The notes: generated from the sequence alone by a model not told the origin. 58,895 bases of DNA, filler included, from 4 parts of 4 records of this genome joined end to end with filler, not necessarily neighbours in it; one strand, 5' to 3'; positions 1 through 14,238 are shown, counted from the whole stretch's first letter. Numbers and translations: made by a program.

Positions 1-4570
<4,570 letters not shown>

Positions 4571-4589
4571 GCGTAAACCCCTCGCTGAT

Positions 4590-4662
4590 GTTCCAATAAG
4601 TTCACAAATGTTCTCATAAAGTTCTTTACAGATCGTAAAGGATATGAGAACAAAGGGGCAAC
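4590..4662 (+). promoter_or_regulatory. Alphaproteobacterial LexA (SOS) boxes
   Basis: Perfect GTTC-N7-GTTC at 4610-4624 (GTTCtcataaaGTTC). Extra GTTC half-sites at 4590 and 4600. Near-consensus GAAC-N7-CAAC at 4648-4662. Confidence 0.75.
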
Positions 4663-4683
4663 AGAGGAACGGGAGATGCAAAG

Positions 4684-4812
4684 ATGACCACCATGCGACT
4701 GATCAAATCCATCGCCACCCGCGCAGAAAGCACATTGTTGCAGGATGCGGTGGGCGCAGCGGCCTTGATGGTGATGCTGGTTGTCGGCCTGCACCTGCCT
4801 GCCTTTGTCTGA
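4684..4812 (+). CDS. Small 42-aa hydrophobic protein (not in ORF track)
   Basis: GGAG at 4672-4675, ATG at 4684, TGA at 4810. Translates as MTTMRLIKSIATRAESTLLQDAVGAAALMVMLVVGLHLPAFV, with a C-terminal TM-length hydrophobic stretch. Confidence 0.75.
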   Translation: MTTMRLIKSIATRAESTLLQDAVGAAALMVMLVVGLHLPAFV

Positions 4813-4826
4813 TTTTCTGCCTGCGA

Positions 4827-4939
4827 TGTCGTGCCGGCTGTCTGGCGCATCCGTCCCAAATTGATGCGCTTTAACGGGATTGCCTGTCCCGCGTTAACCA
4901 AGGTCCCCCTTGGCCGGACAGTCCGGGTCCCACACGACA
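4827..4939 (+). ncRNA. Candidate structured 3' UTR / sRNA element
   Basis: Closing stem TGTCGTG(4827)/CACGACA(4933) encloses hairpins at 4845-4869, 4871-4897, 4898-4913 and 4914-4926. GTCCC occurs four times. Confidence 0.4.
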
Positions 4940-4951
4940 AACGCTTTTCCT

Positions 4952-4989
4952 GCGCCGCCATCCCGAACCGGATGTGCGGCGCTTTTTTT
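4952..4989 (+). terminator. Rho-independent terminator
   Basis: GCGCCGC-CATCC...GGATG-T-GCGGCGC stem followed by T7. Confidence 0.85.
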
Positions 4990-5001
4990 ATGGGAGTGGG
5001 T

Positions 5002-6396
5002 TCAGAACCTATAGGCCAGCCGCAAGCCGCCCCAAAGGGTGCCGTTGATGAATATCGGGGCTGACAAATCCTTCATCATGGCAAATTCGCCGCCGCCCAT
5101 GTCGCGGCGATAGACCTGCAACAGGAACGGATCGGTGTTGCGCCCCGCCTTTAGTCCCACGCGGTCGTCAAAGATGCGTCTGTTGCGGCAGTTGGCCATA
5201 TTCCACACCGGATCGGGGCCTTGGGGTTGCGAGAATTTGCGGTTGTGGGTCGGCAGATACCCGTTCACATCGACAGCGGCACAAAAGACCACGCGATCGT
5301 CAAATTTCAATGCCGGTTCCTGGATTTCAGGCATCACCTGATCCATGAGCCGGGTAAAATCGGTCACGACCTGCACCGGATCGCTGCCGGGCACAGGGCG
5401 ATAGGTGCGGTCGAACATCTGCGCCTGCGTGATTTGTCCCGTGGCAATCGCCTGTTCCAGCCGCGCACCGGCGGTGGCAGCCAGCTGGCGCACATAGTCG
5501 ATCATCGGTGCGTCCTTGGTCGTGCCACCCAAGGCCGCGCTGGATTGCACGATCTGTTCCGACCGGTCGATCAGACGGTTGATGCGGTCGTGCGTGGATT
5601 TGATCCCGTTGGTCGTGTGGGTCACCGCCGCCTCGATCCCTGCGAGGTTCGGCGAGAAACTGGCCATGGCTGCACCCACCACCTGTGTGCGGTCCGCAAT
5701 CCGCGCGACCTGGTCAAAGGCCTGTTGCATCGAGTTTTCGATCTGGGTCAGGGCGTTGTCGCTGGCCCCGGTCAGGTCAATCACGGTTTCGGCGGTGTTG
5801 GAAATCGTCTGCGCCTCGTTGTCCAGCAGCGATATCCAGTCGGTCAGCGATTCGATGTTGCGGGTGATGCGGGTGGCGGCATCCTTGGTTTTCTGGCTCA
5901 GCGCATTGATTGCCTCGGCCACGACGGCAAAACCGCGCCCCGCGTCGCCCGCGCGTGCGGCCTCGATCTTGGCGTTGATGGCCAGTGTGTTCACCTGCAT
6001 CGCAATGGCCGCGATCTGGGTGTTGTTGTCCTTGACCGCATCCAGAGTGCCGCCGATGGACTGCGTGCGTTCGCGCAGGTCCTGAACCCATCCGGCCACC
6101 GTGGTGGTTTGCGTGCCCAGCCCGCGAATGGTGTCAGCCGAGGTTTTAACGTCCCGCACGGCATCACGGGTGCTGCCGGTCAATGCTTCTGTGGCCTCAC
6201 GCATGTCGGCATTGGCCGTCTCAACCTTGATCGCTGATTGCGTCAGCGCGGCCAGGGCTGTGCGCTGTTCACGCGACTGGGTTTCGACCACGTCCAGAAA
6301 CCCGGCGAGGTCGACAATTTCATAGCCCAGTTCTGACGCGCGCGCGGCCAGTCGGTTGATCTGTTGAAGTTCGGCAATTTCGGAATGTGCAGTCAT
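5002..6396 (-). CDS. Soluble methyl-accepting chemotaxis protein with C-terminal sensor-like domain
   Basis: [30 protein letters not shown] hairpin tip. No TM segment seen. Start set at ATG 6396; the ORF track starts at 6420. Confidence 0.9.
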   Translation of the reverse strand: MTAHSEIAELQQINRLAARASELGYEIVDLAGFLDVVETQSREQRTALAALTQSAIKVETANADMREATEALTGSTRDAVRDVKTSADTIRGLGTQTTTVAGWVQDLRERTQSIGGTLDAVKDNNTQIAAIAMQVNTLAINAKIEAARAGDAGRGFAVVAEAINALSQKTKDAATRITRNIESLTDWISLLDNEAQTISNTAETVIDLTGASDNALTQIENSMQQAFDQVARIADRTQVVGAAMASFSPNLAGIEAAVTHTTNGIKSTHDRINRLIDRSEQIVQSSAALGGTTKDAPMIDYVRQLAATAGARLEQAIATGQITQAQMFDRTYRPVPGSDPVQVVTDFTRLMDQVMPEIQEPALKFDDRVVFCAAVDVNGYLPTHNRKFSQPQGPDPVWNMANCRNRRIFDDRVGLKAGRNTDPFLLQVYRRDMGGGEFAMMKDLSAPIFINGTLWGGLRLAYRF

Positions 6397-6435
6397 CTCG
6401 CCCCGCCAGTTGTCGATCAATGGCTAGCGCAGATT

Positions 6436-6452
6436 GGTTCACAAGTTCCTAA
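6436..6452 (-). promoter_or_regulatory. Possible CtrA box upstream of the MCP
   Basis: Minus strand reads TTAG-gaacttg-TGAACC, two mismatches to TTAA-N7-TTAACC. Confidence 0.4.
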
Positions 6453-6462
6453 TGCGATTGCA

Positions 6463-6912
6463 TCAAGCGCAGTGTGCTTGCAGGGCCTGCTGCATGGCTT
6501 CGGCGGTGGCTTCGATGCTCAGCAGGATCGAGGCGTGCCGGTTGCGATAATCGCGGGCGGGTTCCAGAACCTTGAAGCCGTCGAAAGGGGCGTCCGGCAC
6601 CGGCCCGTTGTTTTTCAGCATGGCGCGCAGCTGGTCGCGGGCGGTTTCAATCTCGGCCAGCGTGCGTCCGATCACCGCCCCCCCGACAACAGCCGCCGAC
6701 GCCTGACCCAGCGCACAGGCTTTTACATCCTGCCCAAAGTCCGAAATCACGCCGTCTTGGACGCAGACATCCACCGTCACGGTTGATCCGCACAGGGGCG
6801 CGCGTTTCTTGACCGTGGCACCAGGGGAGGCGAGCCGTTCGCGGTGCGGAATATCCGTGGCCAGCGCCAGAATCTGGCCCGAGTAAAGTTTGATCAGGTC
6901 GCTGTCCGCCAT
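6463..6912 (-). CDS. IscU/NifU-N family Fe-S cluster scaffold-like protein
   Basis: MADSDLIKLYS...PLCGSTVTVD...VKACALGQASA...RHAS. Real start at ATG 6912 inside the longer track ORF. Confidence 0.88.
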   Translation of the reverse strand: MADSDLIKLYSGQILALATDIPHRERLASPGATVKKRAPLCGSTVTVDVCVQDGVISDFGQDVKACALGQASAAVVGGAVIGRTLAEIETARDQLRAMLKNNGPVPDAPFDGFKVLEPARDYRNRHASILLSIEATAEAMQQALQAHCA

Positions 6913-6981
6913 GTCCGCTTTCCTTTCGGTCTTGTCTGATACATAAGCGCCCCGGCCCGAGATGCAAAAAGGTTTTCTGAA

Positions 6982-7347
6982 ATGTCCGACCAAAGGTTTG
7001 ATCCCGCGACGCTGACCTATAACGACGCCGGGCTGATCCCCGCAATTGCGCAGGATGCCACCAGCGGCGACGTGCTGATGATGGCGTGGATGAATGCCGA
7101 CGCAGTGGCCCGTACGCTGGCAACCGGCAAGGTTACCTATTGGTCGCGCTCCCGCCAGGCGTTCTGGGTCAAGGGCGAGACCTCGGGCAACGTGCAGGAA
7201 CTGGTCGATTTCCGCTTTGATTGCGACAGCGATTGCCTGTTGGTCATGGTCAACCAGACGGGGCCGGCTTGCCACACCGGGCGGCAGAACTGCTTTTACC
7301 GCGCGGTGCGGGGCGGTGAGGTGGTCGAGCTGGAAGCCGCGCCTTAA
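6982..7347 (+). CDS. hisI: Phosphoribosyl-AMP cyclohydrolase
   Basis: [24 protein letters not shown]...CF motifs. Confidence 0.95.
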   Translation: MSDQRFDPATLTYNDAGLIPAIAQDATSGDVLMMAWMNADAVARTLATGKVTYWSRSRQAFWVKGETSGNVQELVDFRFDCDSDCLLVMVNQTGPACHTGRQNCFYRAVRGGEVVELEAAP

Positions 7348-8198
7348 CCCGACAATCCAACCATCGCGCGGATGTCGCCGGGCGTGGCCCCGTCAGCACG
7401 GTATTTGGCGATGGCGCGCGCGTCGTCGCGCTTGGCCAGCCGTTTGCCCGCATCATCGCGGATCAGCCGGTGGTGGTGGTAGACAGGCGTCGGCAGGTTC
7501 AGCAGGCGTTGCAGCACCACATGAATGAGCGTCGCCTCGGCCAGATCCGCCCCGCGCACCACGTGGGTGATGCCTTGGGCGGCGTCGTCCAGCACCACGG
7601 ACAAATGGTAAGAGGTGCCCATATCGCGGCGCGCCAGCACGATGTCACCCAGCGTTTGGGTGAGATCCTCGGCGCTGAAATCAACCGCGCCTGCGTCGGT
7701 GCCGGTCTCTGTATAGCGCAATTCGCGCAGCAGCGGTAGGACGCGGGCCATGTTCAGGCGCAGGGCGGCGGTGTCGGGGATGGGCATATCGGGGGCAGGT
7801 ACATGGCGACAGGTGCCGGGATAGATCGGGCCGTCGGGTCCGGTCAGGATCGCACCTTCCTGCGGTGCAGACAAGGCCGCCTGAAGGTCGCGTCGGTTGC
7901 AGATACAGGGGTAAGTCAGTCCTGATTTCCAAAGCGTATCAATAGCCTGCCGGTAAAAGTTCATGTTGTCCGACTGTCGCAACACAGGGGTTTCCCAAGT
8001 CAGGCCCAGCCATGCCAGATCGTCGTATATCTGGGCCTCGAAAGCAGGGCGCGCACGCGATGTATCGATATCCTCGATCCGCAACAGGAACCGTCCGCCG
8101 TGGGCCTGCGCCATGTCATACGCCAGCATCGCAGAATAGGCGTGCCCCAGATGCAGCGGCCCTGTCGGAGATGGCGCGAACCTTGTGGTGAATGTCAC
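7344..8198 (-). CDS. gluQ: tRNA glutamyl-Q(34) synthetase
   Basis: [33 protein letters not shown] motifs. 284 aa and lacks an anticodon domain. Confidence 0.92.
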   Translation of the reverse strand: MTFTTRFAPSPTGPLHLGHAYSAMLAYDMAQAHGGRFLLRIEDIDTSRARPAFEAQIYDDLAWLGLTWETPVLRQSDNMNFYRQAIDTLWKSGLTYPCICNRRDLQAALSAPQEGAILTGPDGPIYPGTCRHVPAPDMPIPDTAALRLNMARVLPLLRELRYTETGTDAGAVDFSAEDLTQTLGDIVLARRDMGTSYHLSVVLDDAAQGITHVVRGADLAEATLIHVVLQRLLNLPTPVYHHHRLIRDDAGKRLAKRDDARAIAKYRADGATPGDIRAMVGLSG

Positions 8199-8806
8199 GC
8201 TTTTTCAATCACATATACGGTGGCGTTCAAGTCGATTCCCGGCAGGTGCGGACCGTCCTCGCGAAACAGCAATCGGGCGGCGCCGCAGTCGGTCCATTCA
8301 GACAAGGCGCCTATGAACGCGGGGTCCTTCAGGGTGTGGTCATTCTGGGAAAGCACCAGCCTGCCACCCTTGGGCAGCTTGCGCATCAACGTGTGCAGCG
8401 CGCCCGCCGGGGCTGCGCCTGTGCCAATCACTCCCACGGCGGCCATCAACGAATAGGCGCCATCGGCAAAGGGCAAGGCCTGTCCGGGCTCGATCCGCGT
8501 CAGGGTGCGATAGACATCTTTGGCTTGCGCCTCGGCCAGCATCGCCGGGGACAGATCCACACCGTCGATGACCGCGAAACCGGCGTCTTTCAGCGCCTGA
8601 CCCGCCAGGCCCGTACCACAGCCGAAATCCAGAACCGGTGCGTTGGTGTTGCCGGCGTATTTCAACAGTGCGGCCGCGCAGCGGGCAGGGGTTGCATAGC
8701 CCTGCGCCGTGATCTCGGCCTCGTAACTTGAGGCCCATTCGTCATAGAGGGTGCGGGTTTCCGCAGAATCACGCGCAGTGAAAGCTTTGCTCAGGAATGA
8801 AGACAT
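8195..8806 (-). CDS. Class I SAM-dependent methyltransferase
   Basis: LYDEWA, VLDFGCGTG, GVDLSPAML motifs. Start set at ATG 8806. Confidence 0.88.
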   Translation of the reverse strand: MSSFLSKAFTARDSAETRTLYDEWASSYEAEITAQGYATPARCAAALLKYAGNTNAPVLDFGCGTGLAGQALKDAGFAVIDGVDLSPAMLAEAQAKDVYRTLTRIEPGQALPFADGAYSLMAAVGVIGTGAAPAGALHTLMRKLPKGGRLVLSQNDHTLKDPAFIGALSEWTDCGAARLLFREDGPHLPGIDLNATVYVIEKA

Positions 8807-8849
8807 GCCCCGAAAGTAGGGCCAAGCGATGCGTGCGTCCAGCCTGTCG

Positions 8850-9515
8850 TCAGGCAATCGCAGCCTGCGGGGCCAGCCATGCCTGCCAATCGGACTTTGC
8901 GCGGTCGGTATAGGCTTTGTAGCGGTCCTTGCGGCCGCGACGGCCTGATTTCAACCCGTCCACGGGCGGGAACAGGCCAAAGTTCACGTTCATCGGCTGG
9001 AACGTCTTGGCTTCGGCACCGCCCGAGATATGGGTGATCAGCGCGCCCATCGCCGTGGTGGCGGGTGGGGTGTCCAGCGAACTGCCCAGCAGCTCGGCGG
9101 CGGCCATGCGTCCGGCCAGCAGACCCATGGCGGCGGATTCCACATAGCCCTCGACGCCGGTGATCTGACCGGCAAAGCGCACATTGGGCCGCGAGCGCAG
9201 GCGCATCTGGCCGTCCAGCAACGTGGGGCTGTTCAGGAAGGTGTTGCGGTGGATGCCGCCCAGACGGGCAAAGCTGGCGTTTTCCAGGCCCGGGATCATC
9301 TTGAACACTTCGGTCTGCGCGCCGTATTTCATTTTGGTCTGGAAGCCGACGATGTTGTACAATGTGCCCAGCTTGTTGTCGCGGCGCAACTGGACGACGG
9401 CGTGCGCCTTGACGTCCGGCTGGTGCGGGTTGGTCAGGCCCACGGGTTTCATCGGCCCGTGGCGCAGGGTCTCGCGGCCCCGCTCGGCCATCACCTCGAT
9501 GGGCAGGCAGCCGTC
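8850..9515 (-). CDS. trmFO: tRNA (uracil-54) methyltransferase TrmFO, 5'-truncated by the gap
   Basis: [55 protein letters not shown]. Confidence 0.95.
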   Translation of the reverse strand, partial: DGCLPIEVMAERGRETLRHGPMKPVGLTNPHQPDVKAHAVVQLRRDNKLGTLYNIVGFQTKMKYGAQTEVFKMIPGLENASFARLGGIHRNTFLNSPTLLDGQMRLRSRPNVRFAGQITGVEGYVESAAMGLLAGRMAAAELLGSSLDTPPATTAMGALITHISGGAEAKTFQPMNVNFGLFPPVDGLKSGRRGRKDRYKAYTDRAKSDWQAWLAPQAAIA

Positions 9516-9516
9516 G

Positions 9517-9616
9517 NNNNNNNNNNNNNNNNNNNNNNNNNNNNNNNNNNNNNNNNNNNNTTAATTAATTAANNNNNNNNNNNNNNNNNNNNNNNNNNNN
9601 NNNNNNNNNNNNNNNN
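9517..9616. other. Artificial contig-joining spacer
   Basis: N44-TTAATTAATTAA-N44, which gives stops in all six frames. Confidence 0.98.
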
Positions 9617-9645
9617 TAGGTCTCCGATGAAACCGGGGCGATTCA
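9617..9645. mobile_element. Terminal inverted repeat of an IS3-family element at the contig edge
   Basis: Reverse complement TGAATCGCCCCGGTTTCATCGGAGAC resembles IS3/IS51-group ends (TGAA-y-CGCCCCGG...GGAGAC). It lies exactly at the assembly break. Confidence 0.6.
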
Positions 9646-9786
9646 GTCGATGAAGCCAGCCACATCGACCGAATAGCCTAGGTAATATTGGGTCGGGTCG
9701 AGTTTGTAGTATCCGCTCGCCGTCGACTTTCAGGAAGCGGGTGTCACCTGTAGCATCGGTGTCTTGCGTCCAGATCTTTCTCTTTA

Positions 9787-10089
9787 TTATCCAGCCAAAA
9801 GGGCGCGCTCGTTCAAAGCGTCGAACTTGGTGAGGTTTGCGGTCATCCGGTGCTGCCACCGTGCGACCAGGGCCGCGGTGTCGTCAGCGGCGAGATGGGC
9901 GTCGAGCGCTGCCTGGTCCCGCCACCGCTCGACCACGAGCATCCGCCCGCACACCTGATCGTCGGGAGCAACCGCATAGAATAGGCACCCGTCGCGCGCT
10001 CGCGTCGTTCGACCGAACGACGCGATATCCTCGACGAAGGCGGCGACATCCGCCGGTGCTAGGTGGATGTATCCGGTCACGATGAGCAT
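9787..10089 (-). CDS. Antibiotic biosynthesis monooxygenase (ABM) / quinol monooxygenase family protein
   Basis: TRARDGCLFY...VVERWRDQAALDAH. RBS GAAAGGGA before ATG 10089. Confidence 0.85.
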   Translation of the reverse strand: MLIVTGYIHLAPADVAAFVEDIASFGRTTRARDGCLFYAVAPDDQVCGRMLVVERWRDQAALDAHLAADDTAALVARWQHRMTANLTKFDALNERALLAG

Positions 10090-10115
10090 GGTCGTTTCCC
10101 TTTCGCCATGGACGG

Positions 10116-11132
10116 TCACGTAGCTGTCAGGACGATTTTGCCCTGAATACCGCCGGCCGCGGCGCGTTCGTGCGCGCGTGCCGCCTCGGCCAGCGGAAAG
10201 ATGCTGTCGATCACGACGCGGAGGGTACCGTCATCCAGCAGGCGGGCCACGTCTTTGAGTTGTGCGCCGCTGGAGCGAACCTGTATCGAGGATACGGTGA
10301 TCCCGAGCCGGGCTGCCTCCTCCTGTGCATCGAACCCCAGCGGGTACACCAGGAAGAGCGCGCCGCCTTGTTTAAGCACGCGCAGGAAGCGCGCCGCGTC
10401 CTTGCCGCCGACGGTGTCGAGCACGAGGTCGACGTCCTGCACGATCTCGTCGGCCGCCGTTTGCGTATAGTCGATGAACCGATCAGCGCCGAGCTCGCGC
10501 ATGAGCGCTTCATGCTTACCCGAGGCCACCGCGATCACATGGGCGCCTTGCCACTTCGCCAGTTGCACAGCCAGATGGCCGACACCGCCCCCGGCACCGT
10601 TGACAAGCACCGTCTTGCCCGCGAGCGGGACCGGCGTGTGCTTGTAGGATTGGAACGGGTTCGGCTCGTCATGGCCGAGATCGATCAGGAACTGCCAGGC
10701 AGTAAGCAACGACATCGGCGCGGCAGCTGCATGGAAGTGATCGATGCCATCGGGTTTGTGTGCAATTTCGGTGACAGGCACGCTGACATATTCGGCATAG
10801 GCTTTGCCGCCTTCCATCACGTCCGCCGGGAAACGCACCATGGCATAGACCACGTCGCCGACGGAGAACTCCGTAACGCCCGCGCCAACCCTCTCGATCA
10901 CGCCCGAGACGTCAGAGCCGAGAATCATGGGGAATTTCGGGTTTGGCTGCCATTCCGGCGGCAGCGACCGGTAGCCGTCGCGCAAATACCAGTCGGGTGG
11001 GTTGAGGCCGACGGCATGGACGCGCACCAGCACCTCCTCCGCTTTCAGATCCGGGATAGATGCGTCCTCGTAAACGAGAACCTCTGGTGCCCCGAATGCG
11101 TGCAGGCGGACTGCTTTCATCATGTTGCTCAC
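10116..11132 (-). CDS. NADP-dependent oxidoreductase (MDR/quinone reductase-like)
   Basis: VLVRVHAVGLNPPD, VLVNGAGGGVG, GKIVL. Confidence 0.92.
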   Translation of the reverse strand: MSNMMKAVRLHAFGAPEVLVYEDASIPDLKAEEVLVRVHAVGLNPPDWYLRDGYRSLPPEWQPNPKFPMILGSDVSGVIERVGAGVTEFSVGDVVYAMVRFPADVMEGGKAYAEYVSVPVTEIAHKPDGIDHFHAAAAPMSLLTAWQFLIDLGHDEPNPFQSYKHTPVPLAGKTVLVNGAGGGVGHLAVQLAKWQGAHVIAVASGKHEALMRELGADRFIDYTQTAADEIVQDVDLVLDTVGGKDAARFLRVLKQGGALFLVYPLGFDAQEEAARLGITVSSIQVRSSGAQLKDVARLLDDGTLRVVIDSIFPLAEAARAHERAAAGGIQGKIVLTAT

Positions 11133-11221
11133 AGGCTTTCTCCATTCATTGAATTGCTCAGCCGGATATAATCTTTTGAATTGCGATTGATTATTGGGGT
11201 CAGGAGCAGTTAAGTCATGCC

Positions 11222-12148
11222 ATGAAGGAACAAATGGTACTTGAGCGGCTGACGGGCCTGATTGCCTTTGCGCGCGCCGGTTCGCTGGGCAGTTTCACCG
11301 CCGCAGCCCATGCCTTGTCGGTCTCGCCATCCGCCGTGAGCAAGAGTGTCCAGCGGCTCGAGGCTCAGTTGGGGGTGGCGCTTTTCACGCGGACAACCCG
11401 TTCACTGACACTGACTGCTGAAGGCCGCGATCTGCACGAGCGCGCCATCAGGCTGCTGCGCGACGCGGAGGAGATCGAGCAGGTCGCGATGACGGCGCGT
11501 TCCGAACCATCGGGACGTTTGCGGATCGCAACATCGCTGCCGATCGGGATGCATGTGATCGCGCCGCTCCTGCCGGCCTTTCGCGAGACATACCCGAAAG
11601 TGACGATCGATCTGCGATTGAGCGATCGGATCATCGATATCGTGGACGAGGGGATCGACATCGCTGTGCGGATCGGCGACCTGACGGATTCACGGCTGTT
11701 GTCGCGTAAACTGGCACCGCACCGGCTCTGCTGTTTTGCATCGCCGCGCTACCTAGACAGACACGGAACGCCAAAACACCCGGATGACCTTGCCGAGCAT
11801 CAGACCGTCTCCCTGCGCTACCAAAGCACGGGACAGACCTTCCGCTGGCCCTTCAGGATCGGAAGCAGGATCGTGGAGATCGGTCCACCCTCAGGCACGA
11901 CGGTCGACGCAAGCGACGCGCTGGTTGCCGTTCTCGCCGCCGATGGCGGCATCGGGATGGCCGCAACATTTGTCACAGCACCTTACGTCGCGCGCGGTGA
12001 ACTGGTCCCCGTGCTTTCCGACTTTTCCGTCGAACGTCACAACATCACTGCTGTTTGGCCGGAAAGCCGCCGTGCGAACCCGGCGGTTCGTGCCTTCCTG
12101 ACAGTGCTGCACCGGACATTCGAAGATCGCATGACGCAGACAAAATGA
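11222..12148 (+). CDS. LysR family regulator
   Basis: [25 protein letters not shown]...LFTRTTR HTH. Divergent from the oxidoreductase. Confidence 0.95.
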   Translation: MKEQMVLERLTGLIAFARAGSLGSFTAAAHALSVSPSAVSKSVQRLEAQLGVALFTRTTRSLTLTAEGRDLHERAIRLLRDAEEIEQVAMTARSEPSGRLRIATSLPIGMHVIAPLLPAFRETYPKVTIDLRLSDRIIDIVDEGIDIAVRIGDLTDSRLLSRKLAPHRLCCFASPRYLDRHGTPKHPDDLAEHQTVSLRYQSTGQTFRWPFRIGSRIVEIGPPSGTTVDASDALVAVLAADGGIGMAATFVTAPYVARGELVPVLSDFSVERHNITAVWPESRRANPAVRAFLTVLHRTFEDRMTQTK

Positions 12149-12211
12149 AAGTGGTGCCAGGGATGATTGCCATACTCGATGAAGGTGTCGAGTCTGCTAC
12201 CGAATTGCGGC

Positions 12212-13120
12212 CTATCCGTCGAGTTTTCCTCTGCTCTCCTGTCGCAAGGCCTCCAGAAACAGGGTGAAGGCGCGGGTCGGATGGCGTCGGCTTGAATAAA
12301 AGGCGTGATAGCCTGGAAACGGCGGACACCAGTCGGCGAGCACTTCGACGAGCCGGCCCTCGCCCAGGAAGGGCGCGGCAAGGTCCTCGAGCATGTAGGC
12401 CAGACCCATTCCCGCGCTGGTCGCCTCCACGAGCGCGTCGCCGTCGTTGACGATGATGGATGGCGAGACCTTTACCGTTTCCGCATGTCCGTCTTTCTCG
12501 AACGACCACGGCGACAAGGTGCCGCCCGCATTCCTGAAGCCGATGCAGCGATGCGCCGACAGGTCGCGCGGTACGCGCGGCGGATCGCGGGTCTCGAGAT
12601 ATCGCGGCGCGCCCACGACGACCGTTCGCAGGGGCGGCCCCACGGGCATGGCGACCATGTCCATCTCCAGATCGTCGCGCATCCGTATCCCGATGTCGAA
12701 CCGTTCGGCGACGATATCGACATATCTGTCCTCCACGCTCAGCTCGCCCTCAATCTCGGGGTGGGCCGCGATCAGCCGCGAGAAGGCGGGCCAGACCAAG
12801 GTATCCGCGGCATGTTTCCCGCAGGTCACCCGCAGGCGCCCGCCCGGTTCCTCGCGCAGCCGTTCAAGAGCCTCGATCTCTGCGCCGATCTCCGCGATGA
12901 CCGGAGAGAGTGTGGCGAGCAGTCGTTCGCCCGCCGCGGTCGGGGCAAGGCTGCGTGTCGAGCGCGACAGCAACCTGAGCCCCATCTCCTGCTCAAGGCG
13001 CTTGACGGTCTGGCTGACGGCGGACTGGGTCACCCCCAAGCTGCGTGCCGCGGCGGTAAAGCTGCGCTGTTCGGCAACCCGGTTGAAGATGAAGAGGTCG
13101 GAGAACTGTCGCGGATCCAT
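12212..13120 (-). CDS. LysR family regulator
   Basis: RSFTAAARSLGVTQSAVSQTVKRLE...LLSRSTR. Divergent from the SDR. Confidence 0.95.
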   Translation of the reverse strand: MDPRQFSDLFIFNRVAEQRSFTAAARSLGVTQSAVSQTVKRLEQEMGLRLLSRSTRSLAPTAAGERLLATLSPVIAEIGAEIEALERLREEPGGRLRVTCGKHAADTLVWPAFSRLIAAHPEIEGELSVEDRYVDIVAERFDIGIRMRDDLEMDMVAMPVGPPLRTVVVGAPRYLETRDPPRVPRDLSAHRCIGFRNAGGTLSPWSFEKDGHAETVKVSPSIIVNDGDALVEATSAGMGLAYMLEDLAAPFLGEGRLVEVLADWCPPFPGYHAFYSSRRHPTRAFTLFLEALRQESRGKLDG

Positions 13121-13150
13121 TCAGTATTTCTGCTACTTGGTCCTACATTC

Positions 13151-13164
13151 ATTAGGGCTCTAAT
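13151..13164. promoter_or_regulatory. Dyad ATTAG-N4-CTAAT, possible LysR operator
   Basis: Inverted repeat in the AT-rich gap between the divergent LysR and SDR genes. Confidence 0.35.
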
Positions 13165-13217
13165 CGCGCATTGTATAGTCGTGTTAATTAAATGTCAGCA
13201 AACAAGAGGAGCTGACA

Positions 13218-14036
13218 TTGACAGACAAGGTATGGTTCATCACCGGAGCGGGCAGGGGGCTGGGCTACCTGCTCGCCCGGGACGCATTGAAGGCCGGTGA
13301 CAAAGTCGTTGCGACCAGCCAGACCGTCGACGGAATTGCCGAGAGCCTCTCCGCCTCGGACGACCGCCTGCTCGTGCTGCCGCTCGACGTGACCGATCCC
13401 GAGGCAGCTTCGTCTGCACATGACGCAGCCATCGAGACGTTCGGTCGGATCGATGTTCTGGTCAACAACGCCGGACGCGCCCAGCTTGGATGGTTCGAGA
13501 CGATCCCGGAGGAGGATGTGCGTCGGCAGTTCGAGATCAACCTCTTCGGCGCGATGAACGTGGCGCGCGCGGTGTTGCCCACGATGCGCCGGCAACGCTC
13601 GGGCCTTGTGGTAACGATCTCGTCGGTGAACGGCCTCGTCTCGAACCCCGGTGGGTCGGTCTACTCGGCGTCCAAGTTCGCGCTCGAAGGCTGGATTGAG
13701 GGTCTCGCCGAAGAGATCGCACCGCTTGGCATCCATTCTCTTGTCGTGGAACCGGGTATGATGCGCACGAACTTCCTTGATCGGTCCACTGCGCGGCAGG
13801 GGAATGTCGAGATTGCGGATTACGCCGAGGCCGTCGAGGGTTTTCGAAACTTTATCGAGCAAGCGAACGGCGCGCAGCAGAACGATCCCGAGGATCTTGC
13901 CGCCCTGATCGTCGCCGAAGCCTCGTCCCCCGACCCTGCGCGACGGCTTCTGTTTGGTACCGATGCGCACGAATGGGCAAGCGACAAGTGCCAGCAGCTC
14001 GCAGCAGAGATCAAGGCATCGAGCGCGCGTGGCTGA
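13218..14036 (+). CDS. Short-chain dehydrogenase/reductase
   Basis: WFITGAGRGLG, NNAG, YSASK motifs. Confidence 0.93.
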   Translation: MTDKVWFITGAGRGLGYLLARDALKAGDKVVATSQTVDGIAESLSASDDRLLVLPLDVTDPEAASSAHDAAIETFGRIDVLVNNAGRAQLGWFETIPEEDVRRQFEINLFGAMNVARAVLPTMRRQRSGLVVTISSVNGLVSNPGGSVYSASKFALEGWIEGLAEEIAPLGIHSLVVEPGMMRTNFLDRSTARQGNVEIADYAEAVEGFRNFIEQANGAQQNDPEDLAALIVAEASSPDPARRLLFGTDAHEWASDKCQQLAAEIKASSARG

Positions 14037-14052
14037 GCAAGGGCAACGTCAC

Positions 14053-14145
14053 AAGGATGATGTTTTCTTGGAGGCAGCACTGGATGAATGGGAGCGCTTC
14101 TATAACTTTGCCAATCCACATGACGCCTTCAACGGAAAGACGTTG
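14053..14145 (+). pseudogene. IS481-like transposase C-terminal remnant
   Basis: KDDVFLEAALDEWERFYNFANPHDAFNGKT matches the YNxxRPH...GxTP end of rve/IS481 transposases. No upstream core present. Confidence 0.7.
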
Positions 14146-14238
14146 CGATCCACAGCAAACAAGCAGGACGTCTGACCGGACTGAGCCGCAACGCGTTCTG
14201 CCCCCTGCACACAAGCCGCGGCTTGCATCGCAATCTCG

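Noticed and set aside
4626..4961. Track ORFs 4626-4961(-), 4644-4874(+) and 4567-4794(-)
   Set aside because: No motifs. The 4684-4812 frame has the RBS, hydrophobic profile and regulatory context.
6913..7275. N-terminal extension of the 270-aa ORF
   Set aside because: Antisense to hisI; the scaffold protein starts at 6912.
9561..9572. TTAATTAATTAA repeated at 9561, 28897 and 46712 (could look like a repeat or CtrA site)
   Set aside because: Always centred in N44 flanks; it is an artificial six-frame-stop linker.
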